From positions 96,438,232 to 96,502,231 of the forward strand of contig NC_068986.1 of assembly GCF_001194135.2 (NCBI RefSeq): a stretch of DNA of 64,000 bases. Reading direction: 5' to 3'. The notes beneath the pieces are model-generated. The model did not search any database. It saw only the letters and a list, made by a program, of their open reading frames with translations, and was not told the origin of the DNA. Position 1 is the first letter of the stretch; the number at the start of each line of letters is the position of its first letter. This stretch comes from Octopus bimaculoides (Eukaryota). Both the position numbers and the translations under genes were made by a program. Positions 36,720-50,149 of the stretch are shown piece by piece.

Positions 36720-37831
36720 CTTTGGATAATCCTTCTAGTCCTTGTAGCCCAAAGGAAAAACAAAGCAACAAAGGAAAAAAGGAGAGTGATAAGAGAGATG
36801 TGGAGGGAGATTGAATAGGGACAAACCCAATGCCATTCCTCATTACAAAGGTGATGTGGATACACTGAATATGCAAGGGAATGAGTAATAGATGAAAGGG
36901 TAAAGAAGAGAGAAATTGGAGATTGAAAAGGAGTACAATAGGCAGGAGACCTAAATGTAGATATTTTATAAATCTCAGCTTCCATCACTGCCAGCATTAT
37001 TTTAACAACCAGTTTACCATACTTAGACAGGTAGATGGGTCTTCTTCCCCTCTAGGTAGTTCTTTTTCTTCTCTTTTGTAATATTGAGCTCCTTGAGTTT
37101 GGCCTTCACCAATTCATCACATGTCTTTCTGGGTTTCCTTCTTCCACAGGCTCCATCTACTTCAAGGTTTCAGAATTTCTTTAGGCGGCTGACATCCTCA
37201 ACATGTATCGCATATCTGTACCAGCATGGAAGACCTCCAAATGACAGATTTTTAGGAAAAATAATAATACACTACTATTACATGTTGAAGATGTTGGTGG
37301 GCTCCTTGGGTGCGCCAGGCTGCAGTACAAATGGTGGCTGGCAGAAGAAGAGTGATGCTCTGGCATTATTTCACTAACAGGGTCTTACCATTTGTGTGGG
37401 TGGACACGCCTAAAAGTTTTTCTATAAGTGCTTTTTAAATATTTTATTCATTGCGTTTTCCTTTACAATCATTTATTTATATATCTTTATTTTTACACAA
37501 ATTTTTGAAGTGTTTTCTTTGTGCAATATCTCTGACCCACTTCCCTTCATTTTTATAAAATTTGTTTATCCGTCCCAATACCTATTTATAACTCCCTAAT
37601 CTTAACATTTCATAATTTATTTTGTATGCATGAATGAATTGTCCTCAGTGGCTAAATAAAAGAAATTATTATTATTATTATCTTTATTACAACATCATCA
37701 TCAATATTAATGATATTGTACTCTTGTATATTAATCCATATGGGAATAAAAAGACAAACAAAAGCTGCAGGAGGAATGTGTTCTAAAAAGGATAAATATC
37801 AAGCCTCCCCCTCTCTCTCTCTCTTCCTCTC

Positions 37832-37871
<40 letters not shown>

Positions 37872-39007
37872 TCTGATGTTATTTTAGTCTCTCCCTCTTT
37901 TTATCACAGACCTTTCCTTACATTTTGTCTCTGTCTCTGTTTCTCTACCTTTTTATCTCTCTCTTTACTCGATTCTCTTTTTCTCTCTTTTTTGTTCCTT
38001 TCTCACTATTTATGTCCCTTTTTTTCTTCTTTTATTTTTCTCTCACCTCTCCCTCTTTCCCTTTCTCTTTCCCTCTTCTCCTCCTCTCTCACTTTGTCCA
38101 TGTCTCTAACTCACAATATACTCTATGCTGCAAAACTACTCGACATGCAAGTGGTGTTATTCATTTCTAATTTCTTATAAAAACACATCCAGCCATAGCA
38201 AAATATTGCCTTGCTTGGAAATGGGTGAAAGTTATACAGAAAATCTGCCTCAACAAATTTCATGTGACCCATGCAAGCATTGAAAAGTAGATAAGGAAAC
38301 AAGATGAGAAGATATATATCAGAAACTGATGCTCTACAAAATTCAATCACGACTCATATTCGAGGCACCATTGATATTACACACAAACATTTTAGACTGC
38401 ATCAATGGGTACAAGTCTAGCTGTGCAGTTAAGAACTTCTACATTTCAGGTTCAATTCCACTGTATGGCACATTGGGAAAGCATCTTTTATTGTAGTCTT
38501 GGGTTGACTAAAGCCTTGTGAATAAAATCTGGAAGGCAAAAACTGTGTGGAAGCCCGCTAGAGGGACTCTTCTTGTTCTGGTTTGTACAACTGAACACCA
38601 CTTCTTGGTTTCAGGGTGCTTTTAGAGAAATCCATTTCAAGATTTCCACCACCACCACCACCACCACCACCACCAATTTTCGTTTTCATTTCTATAGTTA
38701 ATACTCTGTCAAATTCTAATACTCCTAGATGCATAAGCATACTCATAACTCTCTTCTCCGTTCAATGATTTTAATGTCTGCCCCTCTGGTAACTGGATGC
38801 CTTCACTGTTGACTACCTGTCCCCTTCTCATGATTAATATTGCACACTTATCTAATGCCAAATTCCATGCCTATATCTTTGCTGAAGAGTCTTACAGTCT
38901 GTATTAAGGAGTTGATAAAATAAGTATCAGTTGAGTACTGGGGTTGATATAATTGACTTACCTCCTTCCCTGAAATTGCTGGCCTTGTACTGAAATTTAA
39001 AAAAGGG

Positions 39008-39041
<34 letters not shown>

Positions 39042-39099
39042 TGATGATGATAATAATAATAATAATAATAACAATAATAATAATAATAATAATAATAAT

Positions 39100-39460
39100 G
39101 TATCAATACCAGCAGATGACGTTTCCCTAAAAGAAATGGAAAAACTTTCAAAATACAAAGACCTGGAAATGGAGGTAACTCGAATGTGGAATCTAAAAAC
39201 AGAAACAATTCCTATCATAGTAGGTGCCTTAGGTATAATAAAAAAATATTCAGACAAATACATAACAAAAACACCAGGACTTACAAATATATATGACATA
39301 CAGAAAATTGCACTACTGGGCACTGCACACATCCTACACAAAACACTTTCAATACAGTAACCATAAGAGTATCACAGCAAACCACAGCACATACCCAAGG
39401 CGCACAGAGCTGCGCTCGGTAGTGAAGTGAAAGCACGTTATAAAAATAAAACTACTGAAC
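39100..39460 (+). mobile_element. Short 5'-truncated copy of the young R4/Dong-like LINE
   Basis: VSIPADDVSLKEMEKLSKYKDL...; about 8 differences from 18006-18341 by hand count; (AAT)n at 39009-39099 and 39461-39542. Confidence 0.92.
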
Positions 39461-39496
39461 AATAATAATAATAATAATAATAATAACAATAATAAC

Positions 39497-39528
<32 letters not shown>

Positions 39529-39689
39529 TAACAATAATAATAAGCATTCGGGGTCAGGTTTTCAATCTGATGATAAATTCTTACTTTCCTTCCACCAGTC
39601 ACAGAGGCTTTGAAAAGGACCATGTGAACTCTCTTTCCTTCCCTGATTCAGCTATTAAAAAAAAAAAAGACAAAACAAAAAAAATGCAA

Positions 39690-40030
39690 AAAACAGAGAC
39701 CAACTGACTGATTAGTAAAGATTTATTCACCAACACTCACCTGTCTCTTATTACATTGGCCTCTGAACCACAAGCTACATGCCATCCATCCAGACACACA
39801 TGTGTTTCAATAGTTACCCTTCTCATTTTTCCTACTGTGGATCATCTCAGAGAATCTATACAAAACACTTTTATCAACCCTACTTCCTAAGAATTGTACC
39901 CTTCTGGAATTCTATCCCTACCTGTGTTTTTTTTTTTTTTGTTTTATTCCTGTAGATGTCAATCAATATATGTCCACAATGGACTTTAATCACAACAATC
40001 TTATCAGTTTGGCTGGGCTAGCAAGAGTCA
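39690..40030 (+). mobile_element. Degenerate CR1/Jockey-like LINE 3' remnant (possible 5' piece at 38740-38900)
   Basis: ccttctggaattctatcccta (LWNSIP-like) motif; weak. Confidence 0.35.
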
Positions 40031-40634
40031 CCAGGCACTGACCCATGCATTTATATGATAAGCTCATAAAAAAAAAATTGTCTGCCTTTTTCAAATTGTC
40101 TCTAATTCTGCATTTAACCCAATATTTCTTTGTCTCATTTTGTTTCTGCTTCACACTGTCTTCTGTTACCTTTCACATTTCCTCTCTCTCTCTCATATGC
40201 ACACACACACACACACGCACACACATACACACACACACGCACACACACTATATTTTGGTCTCATACATTATCATTGAATTTTGTCTCAGTTTCTTTGTCT
40301 AACACTTTGGTTTTGTATCACATCTCTCTGTCTGTCTGTCTGTCTGTCTGACATTTTCTAGTTTTGTCTGCCTGTCTGTTTGCCTGCCTGTCTGCCCACC
40401 CTCTCTCTCTCTCTCTCTTTCATACACGCACACACACTCACAAATTTACAAGAAAACAACACCCACACAAAAACAGGTCAAAGATGGAGATTTTAAAATA
40501 TTTAATTGTATTTATTCTGTTTTTATGCTATTTCTTCTTTCTTTCTGTTTCTTTTGTCTATCTTCTACTTTGCGTTGTTGTTGTTCTTTGTCTTCAGTTT
40601 CCTCCTCCTCCTCCAGACATCCCACTACTCTCAC

Positions 40635-40674
40635 CTTCAGAGATTTTCTTCAACAAGCTACATTTATGCTCCAT
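40635..40674 (-). CDS. Candidate 40-nt exon (MEHKCSLLKKISE) or 5' UTR exon
   Basis: Acceptor ccactccctcctctttactacacag|, donor gaag|GTGAGA. Confidence 0.3.
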
Positions 40675-41359
40675 CTGTGTAGTAAAGAGGGAGGGAGTGG
40701 TGGTAGTGATGGGGGCTTGCAAACGGTTACCCAATACCAGACATTTCAAGAAAAACAAAAGAATAAAAATAAACACATACAAAAAAAGAAGATAAGTAGA
40801 GATAACTAACTAAATAAATAAAAATACAAATGGAAAGAATGAAGGAAATATATATTTAAAATAAAAAGCGGGTATTTTTGGCGGCAAATTGTAGAAATGG
40901 TTTCGAAGAATTCCAAGACATAAAATATAGTACACTGCTTGGAGAATTAGTGTAGGGTTAGGGTGGAACAAGAAGCAAAAAAGAAGAGTTTGAAGAATTA
41001 TATTTTTGGGGGTGAGATGAAAAATCCACTTTGCTGTGAGCCAACCAATGAAGGAGTCTCTATATGGTTATTAAAACTGCTAGAAACATCAGCAAAGTCC
41101 TTTAGATCATACTGTATTGTTTTAGAATGTAGGGCACATTATAAAATGTTGTTTGAGAAACATAGTTTGAAAAAAAAAAGATGAAATGGTCATAACTTTG
41201 ATCATAGACTTGCTTAATCTGAGGCTAAGCAAGAACAATAACAAAAGCAACAACAGCTTATCTTTCTATGAGCTTAGAGGGCAGCCTCTACATGGTGCAT
41301 GCACCACTAGTAATAGCATCTATATTCCCTTAAAATTATAATTTGCTGTCTGAAAAAAG

Positions 41360-41790
41360 GAAATTACATTAGATAATGTTGTCCCAGATTTCTCCTGAAT
41401 ATAGCAAAGACTGCATCACAAAAACTGGCCTTTCTCTTCAGAGTCAGAAAATACTTCAGTATTTACAACTATTAACCCTCAAGAAAGTTCATGTAAGACC
41501 CACAATTGATTGCTGTTCTCATGTGTGTGACGGTGATGCTGCTGTCTGCAGAAAAATCTTGGATCATGTCCAGTGTAGGTGATAATCAACTAATTGGTAT
41601 GAAATCATTCACCAAGACATTCTATGCCCTAGCTGACTGGTTGGCTGGCTTGCTGGCCACTTTTGTGCCATTGCCACTTAGCACCCTTAACTCACTCATC
41701 ACCAGTATTGTGTCCAACCTCCTTGCCTTGCACTGCCTAATGCTTCCTTGCACATGTCTGTCCTTCAGCCATCAGCTCAGAATAATTTAA
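41360..41790 (+). mobile_element. CR1/Jockey-like LINE RT C-terminal remnant
   Basis: QKLAFLFRVRKYF and VRPTIDCCSHVCDG..ILDHVQ match the post-RT region of CR1-type elements. Confidence 0.7.
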
Positions 41791-41847
41791 ACCTTTAGCA
41801 TTCAGATTTCTTTGTCAAATGTATTGCTTATTTATTCATATCTTCTT

Positions 41848-42213
41848 CTGCCCTTTTAAAGCCTAGCCAGGCTCATGGGCCCGGTTTCCTGGTTTCTATG
41901 GCATATGTGTGTCCCCCCCCCCCCACCAGCNNNNNNNNNNNNNNNNNNNNNNNNNNNNNNNNNNNNNNNNNNNNNNNNNNNNNNNNNNCCACCAGCTGGA
42001 CAGGACGCCAATCCATCGCAGCCTTACTCAAGAAACAGGAGAGAAAGTTGGGGCGAAAGAGTACAACAGGGGTCGCCACCACCCCCTGCTGGAGCCTTGT
42101 GGAGCTTTAGGTGTTTTCGCTCAATAAACACACACAACACCTGGTCTGGGAATCGAAACCGTGATCCTCAGACTGCGAGTCCGCTGCCTTAACCACTGGG
42201 CCATTGCGCCTCC
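41848..42213 (-). mobile_element. Chimeric SINE: S3 head/body joined to S4 core and tail
   Basis: 42030-42213 matches the S3 5' half; 41848-42025 matches the S4 3' half (6045-6145). Confidence 0.8.
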
Positions 42214-44657
42214 ACATTTATTCATATGGTTTTGAATTAATCACACATTGCCTTGTAGCTCGAATGGTCTGTTGGTATATTTTTAGAATGAACTTGTAGG
42301 GTGGGTAAGAGATGTTGTATGTGGCTGTTTTTAACAGAAAGCAGGTAGAATATTTGGCTTGGATTAAATGCTAAAGGGTTAAATGAAACATTAAGAACAT
42401 TGATCCCACCAGTCTTCAAGGATCATGACCATTAACTGTCCCTTCAAAGCAAACTAATAATTGTTTTAGATTTTGGTGCAAAACCAGCAATTTTAGTGGG
42501 AGAAGGTTAGTCAATTACATCAGACCTTGTACTTGGCTGGTATTTTATTTTATTGGCCTTGAATGGATGAAAGGCAAAATTGATCTCAGCAGAATTTAAA
42601 CTCAGAATGTAAAAAGCCAGAAGAAATACTGCAAAATATTTTGTCCGACACACTGATGATTCTGCCAGCTGGCTATCTTAAACCACATAATAAAACTACA
42701 AAAAACAAAAGCTGTAACAAAACAGCTTACATTTCTAAGGATGATATGCATGTGTATGTGTGTGTGTTTTTGTGCGTGTGTGTTTTGTTGTTGATTGAAA
42801 TTAATCTATCCTAAACATATTAAGGTATTTAATTTATCAGCCATGGAACAAGAAAAATAGTCACCATGACATAGTCATTATAACCCAAGATAGAATTATG
42901 AAAAATGAGATCAGCAACATGAAGCACAGAAACATATTTAAAAGCCATCTCTCTCATATAATATATGCTGTAACAAGGAGTGTAGGATGTTGTAGTTATA
43001 GATAGATAAACTGTGGTAGTAAGTTGAGTGTCTTGTCTTAAGAGATATAACACAATGGTTGCAGATGTATAAACTGGCCCAGTTCAGTTCTGATCAACTA
43101 AACCTATAATTAAAAATGCTCCATCCACGACCATTTATATTACCTTGAGAATTACATTATCCAATATGTCCTTAACCTTTTGAAGATGGTAGGGTATAAT
43201 TTGAGGTAGATTTGACTGTTACTTTTAATAGGTTTAATGATCAGGTAAAGGTTCCTTTGATGGCTCCTGAAAGCTGTAGTAGGAAGTGGTGGTGCTTACT
43301 ATACAGCTATGTAGACTATTGTAAATAGAGTATCTTGTTTAAGGAGACAGCATTGTGTGTGCATCAAAAGATGGTGGTACTTATTGGGTGTAAGTGTACT
43401 GGGTGTAGCATACACTCATACACACACACACACAGACACACACACACATACAGACACACACACAGATACACACACACACACATACAGACACACATACAGA
43501 CACACACACAGACACACATACAGACACACACACACACAAATACATACATAGGTATGTATAAACCAAATGTACATATAAAATTAGTAGTAAGCTAATTATA
43601 CGCACAAGCACACACACATATATAATGTACATACATTATATATGCATGATTGTGAGTATTTGGGAAAGAGGAAAGAGAGAGAAATGAAAGTGTTTGCACC
43701 TATTTGTATGTTTGTTTCTGTGTGTATGTACATGTGTGAGTGTACATACATATTAAACGCAGAGCTTTTAACTGATGCATGCTTTGTTCAATAAACAACT
43801 GGGAAGTCTATTAACGAATTTAATGTTGAGTCATTTATATTTTCCAACAGGACATTGCTGTTAGATTATAATGTGAGTGTAACACAGTTACTATATTAAA
43901 GGAAGAGAATGATTAAATGAGCAAGTGGATGAACAGGCAGATTTTGTTTAAAGTTTAGTCAAGAGGAGACTCTGAGACTGGGAAGGATTTATATAGCTGA
44001 TATTCAGTCTGAAAACCTGTAAATAGATGTCAGCAGAAAAAGACATGGGCGGGAAGGTAATTCCAGAAAGATGATGTACGGTGAAGAAAGGACTGGATGT
44101 TGAGACACAGTGGTGCTGGGAGGATGGGTGGAGAAAAATAGTTGGAGGTAACATGTAGCTAACTATTTCAGAGGAACAGACACCATTGTAACTGTAATAA
44201 TACAGACAAAGAGAAAGAGAACATGACATCTGTATGCCAAATTGTTGGATTGTTAGTCTGGTGTTTACAGAATTTTAAAATTATGATTAGTGATTTGTAA
44301 TCCTATGTTACTCAGATTTTAACAGGATTTTTGTTGAAGAGTTTCAGTTATCTGCATGAAGTGGAGGATGTTTCTACTGATTAGTATAAGGAAATTCCTC
44401 ACTACATTTGCAGATACATTTAAACTATGAGGAGGATTAAACCAGATAATATTTATATTTCTACATTTGATGTTATTTACTGTGGGTTGCTCTATGTATT
44501 TCAGTTTGGTGTTTTAACAATGGCCAGGTGAGGCTCTATTTTCGTGTGGGGATGCTTTGCTGAATGTTTTTTTCTTTTCTGTTCAGTGATAATTTAGGTG
44601 TGTGTGTCTGCTTATATTGTCTGTAATGTATGTATGATCATGGGAAAGTTGGAACTC

Positions 44658-44706
<49 letters not shown>

Positions 44707-44723
44707 CATATATGATATATATA

Positions 44724-45292
44724 CGAGGGTGAATTAAAAAGTAATGCCAATTTTGTTTAGGACAGGTGTAATTACCAACACAGGAACATGTATCATACAT
44801 CAAAATGAAGCTAGTCCTCTGTGGATCACATCCCTACTTCTCAACATAGTCACCGTTTCTCTCAATAGCAATGCTCCACCTTCGAATCAGAGCATGTATC
44901 CCTGCTTTGTAAAATTCTGTTGACTCTTCTTTGAGCCACTTCTTCACTACAGTTTTCACTTCCTCATCACTGGAATAATTTAGCGCCTTCAGTCTATCAT
45001 CTCTTCAGCCCCATGAAAGAGGGTTTGAGAGGCAAACATTATTCCAGTGACAAAGCAAGTGAAAAGTGTAGTGAAGAAGTGGCTCAAAGAACAGTCAACA
45101 GAATTTTATGGGGTAGGGATACATCCTCTCATTCGAAGGTGGAACATTGCTATTGAGAGAAATGGTGACTATGTTGAGAAGTAGAGATGTATCCACAGAA
45201 GACCAGCTTCATTTTGATGTATGATACATGTTCTTGTGTTGGTAATTATACCTGTCCTAAACAAAATTGCATTACTTTCTGACTCACCCTCA
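44724..45292. mobile_element. Palindromic non-autonomous mariner made of two transposase 3' ends
   Basis: TA flanks; arms 44724-44979 and 45038-45292 are inverted, about 90% identical by hand count. The right arm encodes YHLFSPMKEGLRGKHY...KWLKEQSTEFY..GIH.LIRRWNIAIERNGDYVEK*. Confidence 0.92.
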
Positions 45293-46112
45293 TATACATA
45301 TACTCATTAGGTTTATAGTAGGGATGGTGCATGCTGGTATTTTTGTTCAGAGTTCCACCTAGAAAATTTGTTACCTTTGGGCTTGTATTTATCATATTTT
45401 TAAATTGAATTCTTTAAAACTTTTGATTATTTTTCTAAGTTTGTACATATAATGCTCTTTGATGTTGTGTGATACTTCAAGTCCAGCACCTTTGTAAAGT
45501 TTTATTCTAGTACTGTTCTTTTCAGTGTGTGGTATGTATCCTCTGACTAGATTTGAAAATTCTTCTTCCTTAGAAAAAATTGTCTTAAAATAATAACAAC
45601 ACCCTTGCATTCAGTATGATACTGATATTAGCTTTGGTTATAACAGTATAAGTTTTTCTCAAATTCTAAAGCTTTCAGAAGAATATTTTTAGAAATGGAT
45701 GGAAGGAATTCTATAACACTAAATGGGGTAATTCTGCAGTTGGGTTTCACTTCAATATTATTGAACTGCCTGATAATGACACAGCCACATTTTCATTGTG
45801 TTAAGTAGTTTGTTGTGTGCTGTATTTTTGTATTTACAAAATAAGAAAGATACTAATCAGAAGTTTGAAAGAAATCAACTTAGAAGTTATAATATATACA
45901 AATGCAAAGTATGTAAATCACTAATCACTAATCTGTGAACAATAGACAATCCATCTCCAATGTAATTGCAGAAGACATGACTGCCAAAAGTAAGAATATT
46001 CAGAGTAAATGTAGAATTGGCAGAGCACACAGAAAAAGCATATTTTGGACTGATACAAAACTCAGAATACATTAATTTGTTTAGACTCTGAAATAAATGC
46101 AATCTAACATAC

Positions 46113-46133
46113 CTTGTAAAATATGTTTTATTT
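46113..46133 (-). CDS. Candidate 21-nt micro-exon
   Basis: Acceptor ttttcttttctgtctttaag|, donor caag|GTATGT. Confidence 0.15.
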
Positions 46134-46404
46134 CTTAAAGACAGAAAAGAAAATCTGTTGGTAAAATGGAGCATTATTGCAAAATCAAAGACATACAATG
46201 ATCATAGTAGTTCTTGTTTTGCTGTGTAGATTGTAGCTCTTCCTGGGTATATCTTGAACAGAAAAGCGGAAACTTTCCTGTCCTCCTACAATGCAACAAA
46301 ATTCAAACTCCAAGCCTTCAAGCATATTCCTATACTTATGGGTTTTCATTGGAAACATCAAGACAAGAAAATCTTGTCCATCTAAATTATTTTTACTAAT
46401 TATT

Positions 46405-47087
46405 CATCATCATCATCATCATCGTTTAACGTCCGCTTTCCATGCTAGCATGGGTTGGACGATTTGACTGAGGACTGGTGAAACTGGATGGCAACACCAC
46501 GCTCCAATCTGATTTGGCAGAGTTTCTACAGCTGGATGCCCTTCCTAACGCCAATCACTCAGAGAGTGTAGTGGGTGCTTTTACGTGTCACCCGCACGAA
46601 GGCCAGTCGGGCAGTACTGGCAACGGCCATGCTCAAAATGGTGTATTTTATGTGCCACCTGCACAAGAGCCAGTCCAAGGGCACTAGCAACGATCTCGCT
46701 CAAAAATCCTACAAAGGCCAGTCAGGCGGTACTGGCAACAGCCACGCTCAAAATGGTGTATTTTATGTGCCACCCGCACAAGAACCAGTCCAGAGTCACT
46801 GGCACGATCTCGCTCGAAAATCCTAACACATGTCACGGGCACAAGTGCCAGAAAGGCGGTGCTGGGCACAGGTGCTATCCCGATTTCGCTTTCGCTTGCC
46901 TCAATAAGTCTTCCAAGCTGAGTTTCGCGTCCAATGAAGGAGACGACGTTGGCACGGGTGCCAGTCGTCGAATTTAGTTCGATTTCACTTGCCTCAACAA
47001 GTCTTCGCAAGCGGAGTTTAGTGTCCAATGTAGGAAAGGTACGCATAAGTGGGCTGGCTACACCCCTGGCAATGGCCTTAATTTTAC
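46405..47087 (-). mobile_element. RTE 3' UTR with expanded tandem hairpin modules and (GAT)n tail
   Basis: Same terminus as the 21213 copy, with several ~55-70-bp gccagt...actggc / gtgcc..ggcac modules, some duplicated. Confidence 0.9.
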
Positions 47088-47450
47088 ATTCAAGAATTTG
47101 ATATTAAATCAAGTAAAGTTGCCACCTCACAAGAAAAATATCTTCTGTCTGTTGAGAATTAGTACACCATTATGATCTGTGGTATGCACACCTTTTTGGT
47201 CTGTGTTAACCAATGAGATAATGAGCTTTTGAAGCCATCTTGTATAAATGAACATTTCATTATGGTACACAGAACTAGTCTGAATGAGCATCTATATGTA
47301 AAACTGAAGTAACATATGTCTTTAATCAAATATAATCATACTTTACATTGTGTATTGAGTACTTTTTCTCTTGTCTGTTATAAACAATATACATGTGCAC
47401 ACACACACACACATGTATGTATACATACAGCTACTGATTACCACTGCTAG

Positions 47451-47499
<49 letters not shown>

Positions 47500-47521
47500 C
47501 CTGTCCCTGTCTGTCTGTCTG

Positions 47522-47569
<48 letters not shown>

Positions 47570-48129
47570 AATATGTATGTACATACACAGACACACACAC
47601 ACCATTCATATGCAGTGCTCAAAGAAACTTGTAGCTTGAAATTCCTTCTTATATTTTAATTATATATATGTCATTCACTTCAGTTAGCAGTGTCTCATGC
47701 TTCTGCTGGCTGTCTACCAAGAAACTTGGAATTTCTTATATCAGAAACACGCAAATGGTTTTCTCTCTTGTCATTAAGACAGATAGCATATAAAAACCTA
47801 TATCAGACAATTAATGATGGAGAAAACCCATTAAAAATTCCCATGAGCAACAAGACTAGGTAGTTATCTATTCAACTAGCTGTAGGAGGAATAATAACCC
47901 AATGGCTTGAATTAAAAATCCATTTTCAAATTATGAGAAATACTGAAAATGTGTTTTATTATTGAAATCCTTTATGAAATGTATTCAGATGAAAACAACT
48001 TGGCATATTATTCATGCATTCCATTTTCAGTGAAGTACAGTGTTTAAATAAATTATTTGTGTCAAAGGCTGCTGATAAAGCCAAATTATTAGATGATTTA
48101 ACATTAATAGTAAGCACATATATGGAAAT

Positions 48130-48900
48130 AAACTAAATCTACCAAAAATGGCTCCTCAAAAAATGAGATGTCATTCTGCAACTACAATTACTGATACAGA
48201 CTATGCAGATGACATTGCTCTTACTTCTAAAGCTATCAAGGAAATCAATGACATATTAAACAACAAACCAACGATGATAAATCTGAGTTTATAGTTTTCA
48301 ATCAACTAAAAGATCACATTATATTAGCAAAGAGTGAAAACTTGAAATGTGTAAATGACATCAAATGTTTGGGATTGGGAATAGAAAGCTCAAAGGGAAA
48401 CAGTGATGTAAGAAAAGAATTGGAATGGTCAGCAATGAGCAAGATATCCTCAATATGAGAAACAAATCTATTTAATGACCATAAAATATAGGGTTTTTTA
48501 TAGCTCCTGTAGAAAGCATGTTGATAATGGATCTGAATGTGGGACACTAATGAAAGTAATAGAAAGCAGGCTAAATGGAACATATACCAAGATGTTAAGG
48601 AGGGTGAAGAAAATTTTGTGGGAGCAACATTTACCAAACATCATATTATATGGAAATATACCAGCCATTACTAATAGAAACCATCAAATAATGCAGACTT
48701 AAGCTCATGGGACACTATTGGAGAAGAAAAGATGAAGTTTTATATTAACTATTACTATGGGAACCAGCAAATGATAGAAGAAGCAGACCTTGTTGAACAT
48801 ATGTGCAACAGTTGCTGGAGGACACAACCATGAAAGAAACTGTGCTGAAGATATGATGGAGAACTAGGAAGTGTGGAGGAAATTGGTCAAAGGTGTATGA
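48130..48900 (+). mobile_element. Degenerate RTE/RTEX-like RT remnant (different family)
   Basis: ITDTDYADDIAL...NGSECGTL...RLNGTYTKMLR...LYGNIP...GHYWR...LLLWEP. Confidence 0.8.
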
Positions 48901-49250
48901 ATAGGTTTAACATGACATACCAGCCTCTGCAAGAAAGAACGTGTTGACTAGTATTATGCAAAACAAAGAAGCATTTTATGAGTACAAGAAAACGTGGTGG
49001 GAATATGTACTGGCGATACATGTACCAAGGGTGCATGGAGTCTGTGTCAGTGAAGAAAGACACATAGTTTGAAGGTGGCACCCTTCCTCTTAGGAAGGTA
49101 GTGCTTTTTCTTCAGTCTGGTTTTGTGTTGAAGAACTGGGGATGGACCACTGCACAGCTGTTAATTATAACAGCTATGTTAGGAAAATATGTGTGGAGGA
49201 CTTGCTCCATTATCCAGTTAAGGTTGGTGGTCCTGGGAAGATTGTTGAGA
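48900..49250 (+). mobile_element. Merlin (IS1595/ISXO2-like) transposase N-terminal remnant
   Basis: YWRY..GCMESVSVKKDT*FEGGTLPLRKVVLF and FCVEELGMDHCTAVNYNSYVRKIC...VKVGGPGKIVE. Confidence 0.8.
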
Positions 49251-50149
49251 TGTTTGTTTTTTAAAAATATTTAATTTGTAATGCTCTATTTTGATTTTAG
49301 ATAAATCTTTTAAGTTTGTGCTATAAGTTTCTTATTTTGAGAAATATTTAATTTGTAATGTGCTGGTTATTGCATTAAATGCATATTGAATACTTAAAAC
49401 TACAAAATACATGTTGTTTACTTGTTTTTTGTCATTGAGGTGGTTGTGAAGTGTGCTAAAAAAACAGTTAAATAACTGCTAAATAGGCCTTAAATCACCC
49501 CCCCCCCAATTTTTTTTTGCATAATCGTATGAAGTCCCACACGTAGAATACAAATACACAAAAATTTTCTGAAAATTCCCAAAATAAAAAAGTTATGAGG
49601 GGTTATATGTCGTGTGTAATTCATTTGGTTATGGTTTCATATAAACGCACAAGTGCTATTTTCAGGATGTTGACAAAATGTGCTGTCATGCACAAAATAA
49701 TAGCTTTCAAATCTTGTTTCCTGACCGGGTGAAAATGATTAAACTTTAAAACACTATAACTTTTTAAAAACATTTTTCTGGAAAAAGTGAAATAACTCCA
49801 GTAATACAACCTAGGAAACTACAGTAATGTGCCAAATTTTGAAATTTTCAATAAACGTTTTGAAATGCTGGTAGCCAAACATAACAGATCCAAGAAGCTT
49901 CTTACCACTCGCCCACAGACCAGACTATCAGATGTTACAAATCGCTGGTCATGATGCACTTTGCCTTGTTTTTACCTTCCAGTGACGCCACCCCGCTGGC
50001 TGGACGAGCAGGCAAATATTCCCCCTGATTGAAAGTGGGGTTGGAACAACGTGAAATAAAGTGTTTTGCTCAAGGACTGAACGTACTGTCCGGTCTGGGG
50101 ATGGAACCCACGATCTATTTATATTTTTTTAATTAATTTTAGCTATAAA

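Noticed and set aside
43851-43872. Plus-strand splice-like pairs (43851-43872, 28713-28762, from 63649)
   Set aside because: Tiny, unlinked and without homology; they show how readily such signals arise by chance here.
46214-46399. Two overlapping open frames after a plus-strand acceptor-like site
   Set aside because: No recognisable motif, no donor site and no supporting upstream exon.
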